DNA of 64,000 nucleotides from Nanobdellota archaeon (GCA_049324275.1 JBMOLG010000001.1:47606-111605); one strand, 5' to 3'; shown: positions 50,694-60,759, numbered from the stretch's first letter. The notes: generated by a model not told the origin, from the sequence alone. Made by a program: numbers and translations.

Positions 50694-52241
50694 ATGCCAA
50701 CATTAAACTGGATTGGAAAAGAAGCAGTCATAAATCATGATAAAGAGGTTCCATTCAAACTTCTCAAAAAGGTTAAAGCATATTCTGTGGGAAATAATTC
50801 TCAAAATTTAATTATCAAAGGAGATAATTTAGAAGGGCTTAAAGCACTAATGCCTTATTATATTGGAAAAGTAAAATGTGTCTATATAGATCCGCCATAT
50901 AACACAGGAAATGAAAATTGGGTTTACAATGATAAAGTAAATTCTCCTAAAATAAAAAAATGGCTCGGAAAAGTTGTCGGAGGAGAAGCTCAAGATTTAT
51001 GCAGACATGACAAATGGCTTTGCATGATGTATCCTCGACTTAAGCTTTTGAGAGATTTGTTGAGTGATGATGGCGTGATCTTTGTTAGTATTGATGATAA
51101 TGAGAATCATAATCTCAGATTTTTATTAAATGAAATTTTTGGCGAAGTGAATTATATTCAAGAGATAGTCTGGCATAGTAAGTACACAGTATCAAATGAT
51201 GCAAAATTCTTTTCAAGACAACATGAATATGTTTTATGTTATGCTAAAGATATTCAAAAAGTATCCGCTGTTTTCTCTGTTCCAAGAACTGATGAGGCAA
51301 ATAATAGATATTCAAATCCAGATAATGATCCACGAGGCCCATGGAAAGCCACCCCACTGCATGCAAAAAGTGGAAAAGAAGAAAATAATTTTGAATATGT
51401 TTTTAAAAATGGAATAAAATAGAAACCTCCTAAGGGACGCTATCATCGCTTTAATAAAGAAAGTTTAGAAAGATTAGATAAAGAAAATCGATTATGGTTT
51501 GGAAAAGATAAAAAAGCAATGCCTTCCGTAAAAACTTTTCTATCAGAAGTTTCCGAAAAAATGAAATCTGGAAGCATCCTCCCATTTAATTTAGTAGGAC
51601 ATACTCATAAAGCAAATGAGCAACTTGCAAATTTAATGGACAAAGGAACATTTGATAATCCAAAATCAGTAGATTTAATTAAAATTTTAAGTTCAATGGT
51701 AACTTCCACTTCCGACATAATTCTCGACTCATTCGCAGGTTCGGGAACAACGGGACATGCGGTTTTAGACTTGAACAAAGAAGATGGGGGAAACAGAAAA
51801 TTTATTTTGATTGAGATGGAAGATGATATTGCTAAAAATATTACAACTGAACGAATCAAAAGGGCAATAGAAAAATATGATTACAAAGACGGATTTGAAT
51901 ATTGTGAATTAGACAAGCCTCTATTCGATGAGAACGGGCAGATAGAGGAAACTTGCGAGTTTAATCAGTTTGCAACTTATATTTATTTTACCGAAACCCA
52001 AACAAATATAGACAAGAACAAAATAGACAAAAACTTCATCGGAGAATTTGGAGAAACAGAATATTATCTTATCTATAAAGAAAAAATGAAAAATGTTTTA
52101 GATAAGAAGTTTTTATCTAAGTTAAAAAAGACAAAAAATAAAAAAGTCATTTATGCTGACTTTTGTATGATTGATGAAGATACATTAAAAATTTCTAACA
52201 TTCAATTTAAACAGATTCCTTATGAGGTGAAGGTTTATTGA
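50694..52241 (+). pseudogene. mod: Type III-like N6/N4 DNA methyltransferase (Mod) interrupted by a single in-frame TAG at 51420-51422
   Basis: ORFs 50694..51422 and 51519..52241 are in the same frame. The sequence reads through as ...FKNGIK*KPPKGRYHRFNKESLERLDKENRLWFGKDKKAMP.... Motif IV VYIDPPYNTG precedes motif I FAGSGTTGHAV (beta-class order), with the LNWIGKE start typical of this family. Confidence 0.75.
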
Positions 52242-52715
52242 ATGATAAAAAATAATTACATAAAACTTTTTGAAAAATTATCTGAACAAGAACCAAATTC
52301 AATAATCCTTATTGAAAAATTTGAGGATTTAGGCTTCTTTTTAACAGATTTTGAATCAATGCATGAAGAGAAATTTATATTTTTGCAAAAGATTAGAGAA
52401 AAAAATAAAGGGGGTAATTGGATAGAAAAATTTTATATTAAATTAGCCCCAAGAGGGTTCTCTTCTTTAGAAGAATTTAATAAAAATGAACAGCAAGAGA
52501 AATTTAATCATAAGACTCTTAAGGCAACAATAATAATTACAATTGCAACAGCTTTAAATGTTTTAGTAACTCTTTTTATATTTCTATTGAATTTGGAAAA
52601 ATCAAATTGGGCAAAACCTGCATCCCTTATACTAATTGGAATTTTTATTAGTTTTCTAACAGGAATATTAATTAAAGAAATTTGGTATTTTATATTTTTC
52701 AAAGAAAATGATTAA
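52242..52715 (+). CDS. small membrane protein encoded between mod and res
   Basis: 157 aa: soluble N-terminal part plus two C-terminal TM helices (IIITIATALNVLVTLFIFLL, LILIGIFISFLTGILI). Its start abuts the mod stop. Confidence 0.45.
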   Translation: MIKNNYIKLFEKLSEQEPNSIILIEKFEDLGFFLTDFESMHEEKFIFLQKIREKNKGGNWIEKFYIKLAPRGFSSLEEFNKNEQQEKFNHKTLKATIIITIATALNVLVTLFIFLLNLEKSNWAKPASLILIGIFISFLTGILIKEIWYFIFFKEND

Positions 52716-52768
52716 CACAAATAAAATAAAAGAAATAGTTAAATTTACAAAGAACTCAATTAAATAAA

Positions 52769-55039
52769 ATGGTAGAACTAAAAAAATATCAGCGAAAATC
52801 AATAGACATATTAAAAGATTATCTTAAGGAATTGGAGAAAAATGGAAGCAAGAGGGCGTTTATGTATATTACTGAAACGCCGTATAAATCTGAATTTTTT
52901 AATGAGGTTCCTTTTGTTTGCATAAAAATACCTACAGGAGGGGGAAAAACCTTTGTTGGTTGTCATTCTGTTGTTGAGATTATGTCTTCTATCTTAAAAC
53001 ATAAAATGGATAGAGGTATTGTTATGTGGTTTGTCCCATCAGAAGCAATAAAATCACAAACCCTAAAAAAATTCAAAGACCGAAACGATTGGCACAGAAA
53101 AGTTTTAGACGAAGCATTTGACAACAATATAAGAATTTTCTCAAACGAAGAAGCATTAAGAATAAGAAAAGAAGATGTTGAAGATAATATCTGTATAATA
53201 ATTTCAAGTTTAGAAGCATTTAGAAAAGAAAAAGCAATTCAAAATAAATACAAAGTTTATCAAGAAAATGGAGCACTATTAAGCCATTTTGAAAATTTAG
53301 AAGAAAAAGATTTTTTAGAAAAGGACGAACATAATACAATAATAAATTCTCTTGCAAATGTCATAAAATTATCAAATCCTTTAATTGTAATAGACGAAGG
53401 GCATAAAACAAAAACAAAACTTTCTATTGAATTTATGAGAGACTTGAACCCAAGTTTTATTATTGAGTACACAGCAACGCCAAGACCAGAAAGCAATATT
53501 TTAGTTGAGATTCACTCTTCTGAACTAAAAGGAGAACAAATGGTTAAGCTCCCGATTGTTCTTGAAAGTACAGCTCAATGGCAAAATTCAATTTTAAGAG
53601 GAGTTTTGAAAAGAGAAGAGCTAGAAAAAGAATCAAAAAAGAACAAATCTGAATATATAAGACCAATAGCACTTTTACAAGCAGAACAAGAAAAAGAATC
53701 AGATAATAAAATTACTGTCCAAAAGATCAAAGATTTTTTGATAAAAGAGAGAAAAATTCCAGAAGAAGAAATTGCAATTAAAACTTCAAGCATTAATGAA
53801 TTAGAAGGAATTAATCTTTTTAGCCAACAATGTAAAATAAGATATATTATAACTGTTAATGCTCTTGCAGAGGGGTGGGATTGTTCTTTTGCTTATGTTT
53901 TAATTTCTGTCGCAAATATTGGCTCAAAAATAGCAGTTGAACAGATTATTGGAAGAATTGTAAGAATGACTAATGCTCGAAGAAAAGAAAACGAAGCATT
54001 AAACAGGAGTTATATTTTTGCATCAGCAAAGAATTTTCAGGAAGCAAGCGAACAGATAATTTTGGGATTAGAGAGCAACGGATTTAGCAAGCTAGATTTA
54101 ATCAATGCAACAAACGAAGATCAAACACATGAATTAGATGTTGAAAAAGCTGTAAAAGAAAATTTATTTGTTCCCATGCTCGCTTTTGAAGATGAAAAAT
54201 TATCTTTTGAAGATTTAATCGGAGAAGAGTTTGAACTTGCAAAACAAAATGCAGAATTTGATTTTACTATTAATTATGATAATGATGGAAGAGCATTAAT
54301 TGATATTCAAGGCCAAGACAAATGGGTAAAAAGTGCTCAACAAATCTTAAAGATAACTTACAAAGATAAAAATTTTTCAAAAGAGGAACTTATCCAATGG
54401 TTAGACAAAAAACTAAGATTTACTATTTTAGAAAAATCAGACAAAATTAAATTTATACAAAAAGTTATAGAATATCAATTAAAGAAAAAATCTCTTTCTG
54501 AACTTTCAGTAAACAGATATGTTTTAGTTACAAAATTAAGTGAGATAATAAATCATATATTGGAAGATTATGCTAAAAAGAGATTTGATGAATTCATTAA
54601 AAATAAAAAAATAAGTGTGAAAGATTTTGAAAAATTCCCGGAAAAAATAACACTTTTCCAAGAGATATTTCGGGGATTTAATAAAAATTATTATTCAAAA
54701 ATAGACAGGTTGAATAAAGAAGAATTAAAATTTGTTGAAAGATTAGATTTAGAAACATTACCAAATATTAAATTTTGGATAAGAAATAGAGAAAAGAAAG
54801 ATCCTTTTTTCATACAAGGCTGGAAAAAAAATAAATTTTATCCAGATTTTATTGCTGTAACTAAGAATAATAATATTATTGTTTTAGAGTGGAAAGGAGA
54901 AGATAGAAAAAGCAATGAAGATACACAATATAAGGAAGAAATAGGAAAAATATGGGAATCAATAGATAAAAATTTGCATTTTTTCTTAGTCCATAATGGA
55001 AATATTGAAGAAATATTATCTAAACTAAAAAATTTATAA
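52769..55039 (+). CDS. res: Type III restriction enzyme Res subunit (SF2 helicase plus C-terminal PD-(D/E)xK nuclease)
   Basis: Walker A KIPTGGGKTF, DEGH box LIVIDEGHKT, motif VI QIIGRIVR, and a C-terminal nuclease-like YPDFIAV...VLEWKGE. Confidence 0.7.
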   Translation: MVELKKYQRKSIDILKDYLKELEKNGSKRAFMYITETPYKSEFFNEVPFVCIKIPTGGGKTFVGCHSVVEIMSSILKHKMDRGIVMWFVPSEAIKSQTLKKFKDRNDWHRKVLDEAFDNNIRIFSNEEALRIRKEDVEDNICIIISSLEAFRKEKAIQNKYKVYQENGALLSHFENLEEKDFLEKDEHNTIINSLANVIKLSNPLIVIDEGHKTKTKLSIEFMRDLNPSFIIEYTATPRPESNILVEIHSSELKGEQMVKLPIVLESTAQWQNSILRGVLKREELEKESKKNKSEYIRPIALLQAEQEKESDNKITVQKIKDFLIKERKIPEEEIAIKTSSINELEGINLFSQQCKIRYIITVNALAEGWDCSFAYVLISVANIGSKIAVEQIIGRIVRMTNARRKENEALNRSYIFASAKNFQEASEQIILGLESNGFSKLDLINATNEDQTHELDVEKAVKENLFVPMLAFEDEKLSFEDLIGEEFELAKQNAEFDFTINYDNDGRALIDIQGQDKWVKSAQQILKITYKDKNFSKEELIQWLDKKLRFTILEKSDKIKFIQKVIEYQLKKKSLSELSVNRYVLVTKLSEIINHILEDYAKKRFDEFIKNKKISVKDFEKFPEKITLFQEIFRGFNKNYYSKIDRLNKEELKFVERLDLETLPNIKFWIRNREKKDPFFIQGWKKNKFYPDFIAVTKNNNIIVLEWKGEDRKSNEDTQYKEEIGKIWESIDKNLHFFLVHNGNIEEILSKLKNL

Positions 55040-55124
55040 ATTAGTCTACCGAACTATCCTTCTTACATCCAGTTAACCTGAAAAACCCAACAAAACTTTT
55101 AAACATCATACGCAAATCAAATAG

Positions 55125-56912
55125 ATGGCAGAGATAATTATCAATGAATCATTTTCAGACGATGATTTTCTTTTTGACAGGGTTGAAAATGGGGAGTTTG
55201 AATCACCTGAAATCCTCAAGCTGAAAGTTGATGCAGAGGAGATTGTGAAGGACAAAAAAATCAACGAGCTTATTTCTTATGACATAATAAAGAAAAATCT
55301 AGAGTATAAGCTTCCCTACCAGACTAATGGGGCTTTAAGAATTTTGAGGGACTTTAATGGCTCTGCTCTTCTTGCTGATGAGGTCGGGCTCGGCAAAACA
55401 ATAACAGCAGGGTTGGTATTGAAAGAGAGTATTGTGAGGGGATTTGTAACTAAGGCTTTGATTTTAACTCCTCCGTCGCTTGTGGACCAATGGGTTTCTG
55501 AATTAAAAGAAAAGTTTGAGCTTGATTTTAAGATTATTGAGAATCCATCAGACTGGAAAAAAGCCAATTTTGCCATAGCTTCGATAGATAGAGTAAAGGC
55601 TTATGATAAAGAATTAAGAAGATTCCGCCATGAAGAGGCCCATAATATTTCATGGGATATCTTGATTGTCGATGAGGCTCATAAGTTGAAAGAGAAAAAC
55701 ACAATTCGGTGGAAGTTTATTGACAGCATTCCAAAAAAGAGATTTTTAATTTTAACAGCAACGCCATTCCAAAATGACCTGATTGAATTATACAATCTGC
55801 TTCATTTGCTGAAAAAAGGGCATCTCGGGACAATAAAAGAGTTCAGAAAAAAATTTTTGCATAAGGGAAACAAAAGATATCCGTTAAATCCAAAGGAATT
55901 GAAAGCAAAGCTCGATGAAGTGATGATAAGAAGAAGGAGATATGAAACAGGAATTAATTATAAAAAAAGAATACCAAGAATTGAAGTTGTCGAATTAACT
56001 GATGAAGAAAAAGTCATCTATGACAATACATGCGAGCTTCTGAAGTCAAATTATTTTTCAGCAGGCGGAAGCGAGATTAACGGGCATTTGATAATTTATG
56101 CTATTTTACCGAAGATAACAAGCTCATCAAAGTCAGCAATGGAATCGCTGAACAAGATTGCTTCTGATGAGAAGTACCATAAGGCAACAAGAGAACTGGC
56201 AGAAGGCATTTTAGAAGATTATAAAAAGCTGAAAAGAGATTCTAAGATTGAAAAATTAGTTGAAATTGTTGAAAGGATCTTAAAAGAGGATGCTGAATCA
56301 AAAATATTAATTTATACAAAACATCCTACCACTCTTGAGTATATAGCAGAAAAATTAAAGCCATACAATATTAAGGTTGTAGAATTTACAGGGGGGCTTA
56401 ACAGAGAGGAGAAAACTGAAAAGATAAAAGAGTTCAAAGAGAATGCACAAATAATGATTAGCACTGAGACGGGTTCAGAGGGGCTTAATTTTCAGTTTTG
56501 CAACAATCTCATAAATTATGACCTGCCATGGAATCCCATGTCTGTTGAGCAGAGGATAGGAAGGCTTGATAGAATCGGGCAAAAGAAAGACATGAACATA
56601 TTCAGCCTCGCAACAAAAGGCACAATGGAAGAGCATGTGGTAGACCTGATAATAAACAAGATGTGTTGTGTAGGCTTAGTAATTGGAGAGCTTCCAATTA
56701 TCTTGTTTAACCTCGGGCTTGACAGCGAAGGAGTTACAGGAAGGAGCAGAATAGAAGAGCATTTGATGAATTCGTTTATAGATTCAAAGAACAATTTAGA
56801 CAAATTTGCAATGGAAATTGAAAAAATAGGGAAGCTTATACAAAGAGGAATAGACGATTATAAAGAAATAAATGAACAAAACTCACAATTACTAGATGAA
56901 AAGCGAAATTGA
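55125..56912 (+). CDS. SNF2-family helicase
   Basis: All SNF2 hallmark blocks: DEVGLGKT (I), LIVDEAHKLK (II), LTATPFQNDLIELYNLLHLL (III), QRIGRLDRIGQKKDMNIFSL (VI). Confidence 0.9.
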   Translation: MAEIIINESFSDDDFLFDRVENGEFESPEILKLKVDAEEIVKDKKINELISYDIIKKNLEYKLPYQTNGALRILRDFNGSALLADEVGLGKTITAGLVLKESIVRGFVTKALILTPPSLVDQWVSELKEKFELDFKIIENPSDWKKANFAIASIDRVKAYDKELRRFRHEEAHNISWDILIVDEAHKLKEKNTIRWKFIDSIPKKRFLILTATPFQNDLIELYNLLHLLKKGHLGTIKEFRKKFLHKGNKRYPLNPKELKAKLDEVMIRRRRYETGINYKKRIPRIEVVELTDEEKVIYDNTCELLKSNYFSAGGSEINGHLIIYAILPKITSSSKSAMESLNKIASDEKYHKATRELAEGILEDYKKLKRDSKIEKLVEIVERILKEDAESKILIYTKHPTTLEYIAEKLKPYNIKVVEFTGGLNREEKTEKIKEFKENAQIMISTETGSEGLNFQFCNNLINYDLPWNPMSVEQRIGRLDRIGQKKDMNIFSLATKGTMEEHVVDLIINKMCCVGLVIGELPIILFNLGLDSEGVTGRSRIEEHLMNSFIDSKNNLDKFAMEIEKIGKLIQRGIDDYKEINEQNSQLLDEKRN

Positions 56913-58290
56913 ACAAATACAGGAATTTACAATTAATTTCTTCAAAAATCTGAAATGCAAAATTTCAGACGGAGAAATCATAATTATAGAAAATGTTCCA
57001 AAAGATTTTGAAGAATTCTTCAAAAAAAAATCACCTTATCAACTTGCCTTTTCAGAAGAAAGCAAAACTGAAGAATCAATTTTAGTTGCAAAAGGAAGCA
57101 GTTTATTGAATGCAATCCGGTCATTTTTAGAAAAAAGCGGAAGCACTACATTATTGAAAATAGATTTTGATGTTGACTATAAAGATTTTGTGAAAAAATA
57201 TTGTTTTAAAAATGCAGAGATTTCAAATGTTCAGGTGAAGAAAAAAAATAATTTCTTTTCAAGGTTTACTTTTTTGACTACATTCCAATATCTTAATGAT
57301 AAAGAACAAATCTTAAATGAACTTTATGTGCACAATGGAGAAATTGTAGAGGGAGATTTGCATGGGTATGAGGTGGTTGAGGGAAGAAAAGAAGATGTTT
57401 CTGTTGAAAAAATTGAAGAAGATTGCAATATTGCGAAGCAAAATCTTAAGCTGAGAATTGAAAAGAAAACAGAAGAGGTAAAGAATTTTTTGAATCAAAG
57501 ACTGGAAAAAGAAATTTCCAGAATTCAAGGGCATTATATTAATCATTCAGAAGAATTAAAGGCAGGATTAATTGAAGAGCTCAATAAACTGAAGCAAGCC
57601 GGGGAAAAAATTTCAAATGAAGATGAAAAATACAAGCTTAATAATAAGATAAATGAAGTGCTGAAAAAAATTGATTCATTGGAGCGAGGAGAAACATTTG
57701 AAAAAATTGAAAAAGAAAAAAGTTCGGCAATCAACGGAGAAACACAAAAGCACAGCCTCAATATCCATAATAAACTTATTAACACAACAATAATATATTA
57801 TCCGGTGTATCATTTTGAAATTCTTTTGAAAAATAAGTTTGCAAACAGAGTTGTTACAATAATTCATAATCCATTGACCCAAGAAACAAATTCATTGTTT
57901 TGCGAGTCATGCAAATTACAAACTGATGATTTATATTTATGCTCCTCAGGCCATATATCGTGCATCAAATGCATGAATCGATGCATGAGCTGCAGTGGCG
58001 AGTTTTGCGAGCCATGCCTTAAAAAAAGGTGTGAATATTGCGGGGCTAAATTATGCAATAATTGCGGGGAAAGATGCTTTAGCTGCGGAAAAACTTTTTG
58101 CCAGAATCACATGAAAAATGATTCAATTACAGGAAGAAGAAGTTGCATTAACTGCCTTAAGCAATGCCCTAAGTGCTTTGAATATTCCGCTCCAAGAAAT
58201 TTCAAGAAAGATAAGAATGGCATGCAGATATGTCCAAGATGCTTTTCAAAAGAGTTTGGAAGAAATGTTGCAAGAAGAATTTTCGAATAA
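56896..58290 (+). CDS. hypothetical protein with coiled-coil middle and a C-terminal cluster of about 10 CxxC pairs (multi-zinc-ribbon), translationally coupled to the SNF2 helicase
   Basis: 464 aa. Start overlaps the SNF2 stop by 17 nt. The C-terminus reads CESCKLQ...CSSGHISCIKCMNRCMSCSGEFCEPCLKKRCEYCGAKLCNNCGERCFSCGKTFCQNH...CINCLKQCPKCF...CPRCF. Confidence 0.5.
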   Translation: MKSEIEQIQEFTINFFKNLKCKISDGEIIIIENVPKDFEEFFKKKSPYQLAFSEESKTEESILVAKGSSLLNAIRSFLEKSGSTTLLKIDFDVDYKDFVKKYCFKNAEISNVQVKKKNNFFSRFTFLTTFQYLNDKEQILNELYVHNGEIVEGDLHGYEVVEGRKEDVSVEKIEEDCNIAKQNLKLRIEKKTEEVKNFLNQRLEKEISRIQGHYINHSEELKAGLIEELNKLKQAGEKISNEDEKYKLNNKINEVLKKIDSLERGETFEKIEKEKSSAINGETQKHSLNIHNKLINTTIIYYPVYHFEILLKNKFANRVVTIIHNPLTQETNSLFCESCKLQTDDLYLCSSGHISCIKCMNRCMSCSGEFCEPCLKKRCEYCGAKLCNNCGERCFSCGKTFCQNHMKNDSITGRRSCINCLKQCPKCFEYSAPRNFKKDKNGMQICPRCFSKEFGRNVARRIFE

Positions 58291-58352
58291 TTAGTACTAC
58301 TTTAAAAAAATAACAAAATAAAGTTTAAAAACTCATTGGACAATTTTTATTT

Positions 58353-58997
58353 ATGAAATATAAATATTTAGCATCATCTGAGGCGAGAAATGAAATAAGA
58401 GCTATCTCAAATAATTTAGCCGAATATCTGCATGAAAATCAAATCAAAAGCATTATTTTTTTAGACCGGTCGGCCAGGCTCGGCTATATCGGACTTAGAT
58501 ACGCATGGAGCGACTTGTACCCTAATGAAAAATGCCCCGATGTTTATTTTACAAATCCTGAAGTGTATAAGAGAAATAGAAAGATTGCCATAAAAGAATT
58601 TGATGGGAAATACAAAAGATTAGCTAAGAATAAAGAATCTAAGATCATGTTATTTGACACTTATATATGTACGGGGGACACAATTTATTCTGTAAAGAAA
58701 GTTATGAATAAAACAGGATATAAAAATATTGAACTAGGAATATCAAAACCTAAAAGCCCAAACATTTTAGCAGTATTAGCGAGAAAAATTAAATTTCAAG
58801 ATAAAACAAATTTTCATGCTTTAAATTACATCCCCAATTATATGTGCTGTCCATTTGGAAAAGATTCAATGGTTGAAAAATCAAAAAATAAAATATTTTC
58901 ATCAAGAACAAAAAGCATGATTAATAGAAAAAAATCTTTAGAACTCAGGGCGGAAATAAAAGATATTTTTGAAACATGGTTAAGTTTGAAAGAATAA
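58353..58997 (+). CDS. hypothetical protein with phosphoribosyltransferase-like motif
   Basis: IMLFDTYICTGDTIYSV resembles the PRTase PRPP-binding motif (hhhhDDhhxTGxT). Confidence 0.35.
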   Translation: MKYKYLASSEARNEIRAISNNLAEYLHENQIKSIIFLDRSARLGYIGLRYAWSDLYPNEKCPDVYFTNPEVYKRNRKIAIKEFDGKYKRLAKNKESKIMLFDTYICTGDTIYSVKKVMNKTGYKNIELGISKPKSPNILAVLARKIKFQDKTNFHALNYIPNYMCCPFGKDSMVEKSKNKIFSSRTKSMINRKKSLELRAEIKDIFETWLSLKE

Positions 58998-59221
58998 TAA
59001 CAGAACTATTTGATAAGTATACATATGGAAAGATAAAGGCATTAAACAGAGCATCAGAAATGCAAGAGGGCGGTCAAATACAGTTGATATACCTCAAAGA
59101 TAACGAAGCAAAATACAGGATTCGGAGAGAACAACTTATTGATGGACAGTCAGAGACCATTACTTACTATATTTATTTTGTAAAGGATGAGAATGGACTT
59201 TGGAAGATTGATAGGTTTTAA
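58976..59221 (+). CDS. hypothetical small protein
   Basis: 81-aa ORF overlapping the previous gene by 22 nt. Confidence 0.3.
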   Translation: MVKFERIITELFDKYTYGKIKALNRASEMQEGGQIQLIYLKDNEAKYRIRREQLIDGQSETITYYIYFVKDENGLWKIDRF

Positions 59222-59233
59222 CAGTAGAAACGA

Positions 59234-59332
59234 AAGTATTTTAAAGTCAATTGATTAACCATCTGTAAAGTTGCATCCTGCAATTGAGATGGAGGAAGTA
59301 TTTTAAAGTCAATTGATTAACCATCTGTAAAG
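59234..59332. repeat. two identical 37-nt direct repeats separated by a 25-nt spacer, in the intergenic region upstream of the 59364 gene
   Basis: aagtattttaaagtcaattgattaaccatctgtaaag at 59234-59270 and 59296-59332. Each contains the palindrome TCAATTGA. Confidence 0.8.
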
Positions 59333-59363
59333 AGGTGAATAGTACGGATTACAAATCCCAAAG

Positions 59364-59684
59364 ATGAACGATAAAAAAACAGAGGTGAAAGAATACTCTT
59401 ATTCCTTAATTGCAAGTCTTATTTGTTCAACTTTAGGTAATTATATTGGTATTTTGATATTGTTTGGGTTATCAAAGATGCCTTTACAGTATGACTGGAT
59501 TTTTGCTATCATCCTTTTTTTACTCTCATTTTTTCTAAGGCTAGGGTTAGGGATTCTATTCTCGGTATTGAGTATCAATTATTTTTGTAAAAAATACCAT
59601 TTTTCTTTAATAGCTAAGATTTTCCTAATTTGTACTAATGTTATCTGGTTGGTTTTTTTTATCTTCTTTTTACATCATTGGTAA
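59364..59684 (+). CDS. hypothetical membrane protein
   Basis: 106 aa with three hydrophobic helices. Confidence 0.35.
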   Translation: MNDKKTEVKEYSYSLIASLICSTLGNYIGILILFGLSKMPLQYDWIFAIILFLLSFFLRLGLGILFSVLSINYFCKKYHFSLIAKIFLICTNVIWLVFFIFFLHHW

Positions 59685-60118
59685 CAGGAATTCAAGATTT
59701 AGATCTTGAAAAACATTTTCAGGTAATTGATCCAAGCTTTAAAAGAATTTTGCCATACAAGAATTCAGGTTATTTTATCACTAGTTTATCTAGAAAAGAT
59801 TATCCATTTTCAAATTATAATGACTTAATATTAGGAGATTACTCTTTAAACCCGTATCTTAAATTTTCCGATAAAGCGTGCAGGAAAAGGCCTATTGGAT
59901 TTAATGATGAAGGGAAATTAGTATTCTTGACAGCAAGTTTTCATGATTTAATGGGATTGAAAACACAAGACTTTAATCCAAAAACAATTTTATGCCTGAA
60001 ATTTAAGGAAAGGCAAAGTAGTTATGAACGAGATTATGAAACAATTTGGAATGATTTAAGTTTTATTCAAAATAAAAAATTAGAAGATCTAGTGTATAGG
60101 TCAGAGAGATTCCATTAA
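59678..60118 (+). CDS. hypothetical protein
   Basis: 146-aa ORF overlapping the previous gene by 7 nt. Confidence 0.35.
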   Translation: MVTGIQDLDLEKHFQVIDPSFKRILPYKNSGYFITSLSRKDYPFSNYNDLILGDYSLNPYLKFSDKACRKRPIGFNDEGKLVFLTASFHDLMGLKTQDFNPKTILCLKFKERQSSYERDYETIWNDLSFIQNKKLEDLVYRSERFH

Positions 60119-60152
60119 AAGAGACTAATAAGCCTTTAATTTTTAATTATAA

Positions 60153-60734
60153 TTAAGAATATTTTTGCATCAGGCCTTCAAACCAATTTGTTAAAGTTTT
60201 ATTGCTCTCGTCAATATCCCACAATCTTATTCCCTCTAAAATTTTTAATTTCCCCACTTCTTTATCTTCCGCATTTCTTATGTGCAATAAAGCATGATTT
60301 AGATGATATAAATTTTTTATCAGGCTTTCTAAGAAATGAGTCTTGAAAATTTTTAAAGAGTTACAAGTTGCAGTTTTGGCTGGAAAAAAATTTATCTGAT
60401 TTATTTTTCCCCCTTCAAATATTGTTGCATTATCTTTTTCATTAGGAACTGGGATAAATGGCCAATATCCCTTAGGTTGAAATGTTTTTTTGTTTTCATT
60501 AAATTCATAACTGATAGTCGAATGAGGTATAACCCCATTATTTCTACAGTCTACAGCATACCTTTCAGGTTGAGAAGTACTAAAATCAATACCAAGCGCC
60601 AGAAATTCAAGTCTTTGAATACACGCATCAAAAGGCAGAGTTTGAATAGTTTTGAGATATATGCCTTGGGAATGCTTGTTTGTAAAATAATCCATATAAT
60701 TACACTTTAAGTTAATTTTTAAAGATTTTGACAT
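60153..60734 (-). CDS. hypothetical protein
   Basis: 193-aa ORF downstream of the hydrogenase small subunit on the same strand. Confidence 0.35.
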   Translation of the reverse strand: MSKSLKINLKCNYMDYFTNKHSQGIYLKTIQTLPFDACIQRLEFLALGIDFSTSQPERYAVDCRNNGVIPHSTISYEFNENKKTFQPKGYWPFIPVPNEKDNATIFEGGKINQINFFPAKTATCNSLKIFKTHFLESLIKNLYHLNHALLHIRNAEDKEVGKLKILEGIRLWDIDESNKTLTNWFEGLMQKYS

Positions 60735-60759
60735 AGTATTATATTTTTTGAATTATAGA

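Noticed and set aside
51420-51422. TAG as a recoded sense codon (pyrrolysine or genetic-code change)
   Set aside because: TAG terminates other well-supported genes (for example PfkB kinase at 21483-21485), and no pyl genes were seen. Treated as a gene-specific stop.
53260-58058. Antisense ORFs inside res, SNF2 and the zinc-ribbon gene (53260..53496, 53575..53793, 55316..55576, 56516..56803, 57313..58058 group)
   Set aside because: Same reasoning: spurious frames within motif-rich genes.
59234-59332. Possible mini CRISPR array (37-nt repeats with a 25-nt spacer)
   Set aside because: Only two repeat copies, no cas genes anywhere in the window, and each repeat carries an operator-like palindrome. 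Called a regulatory direct repeat instead.
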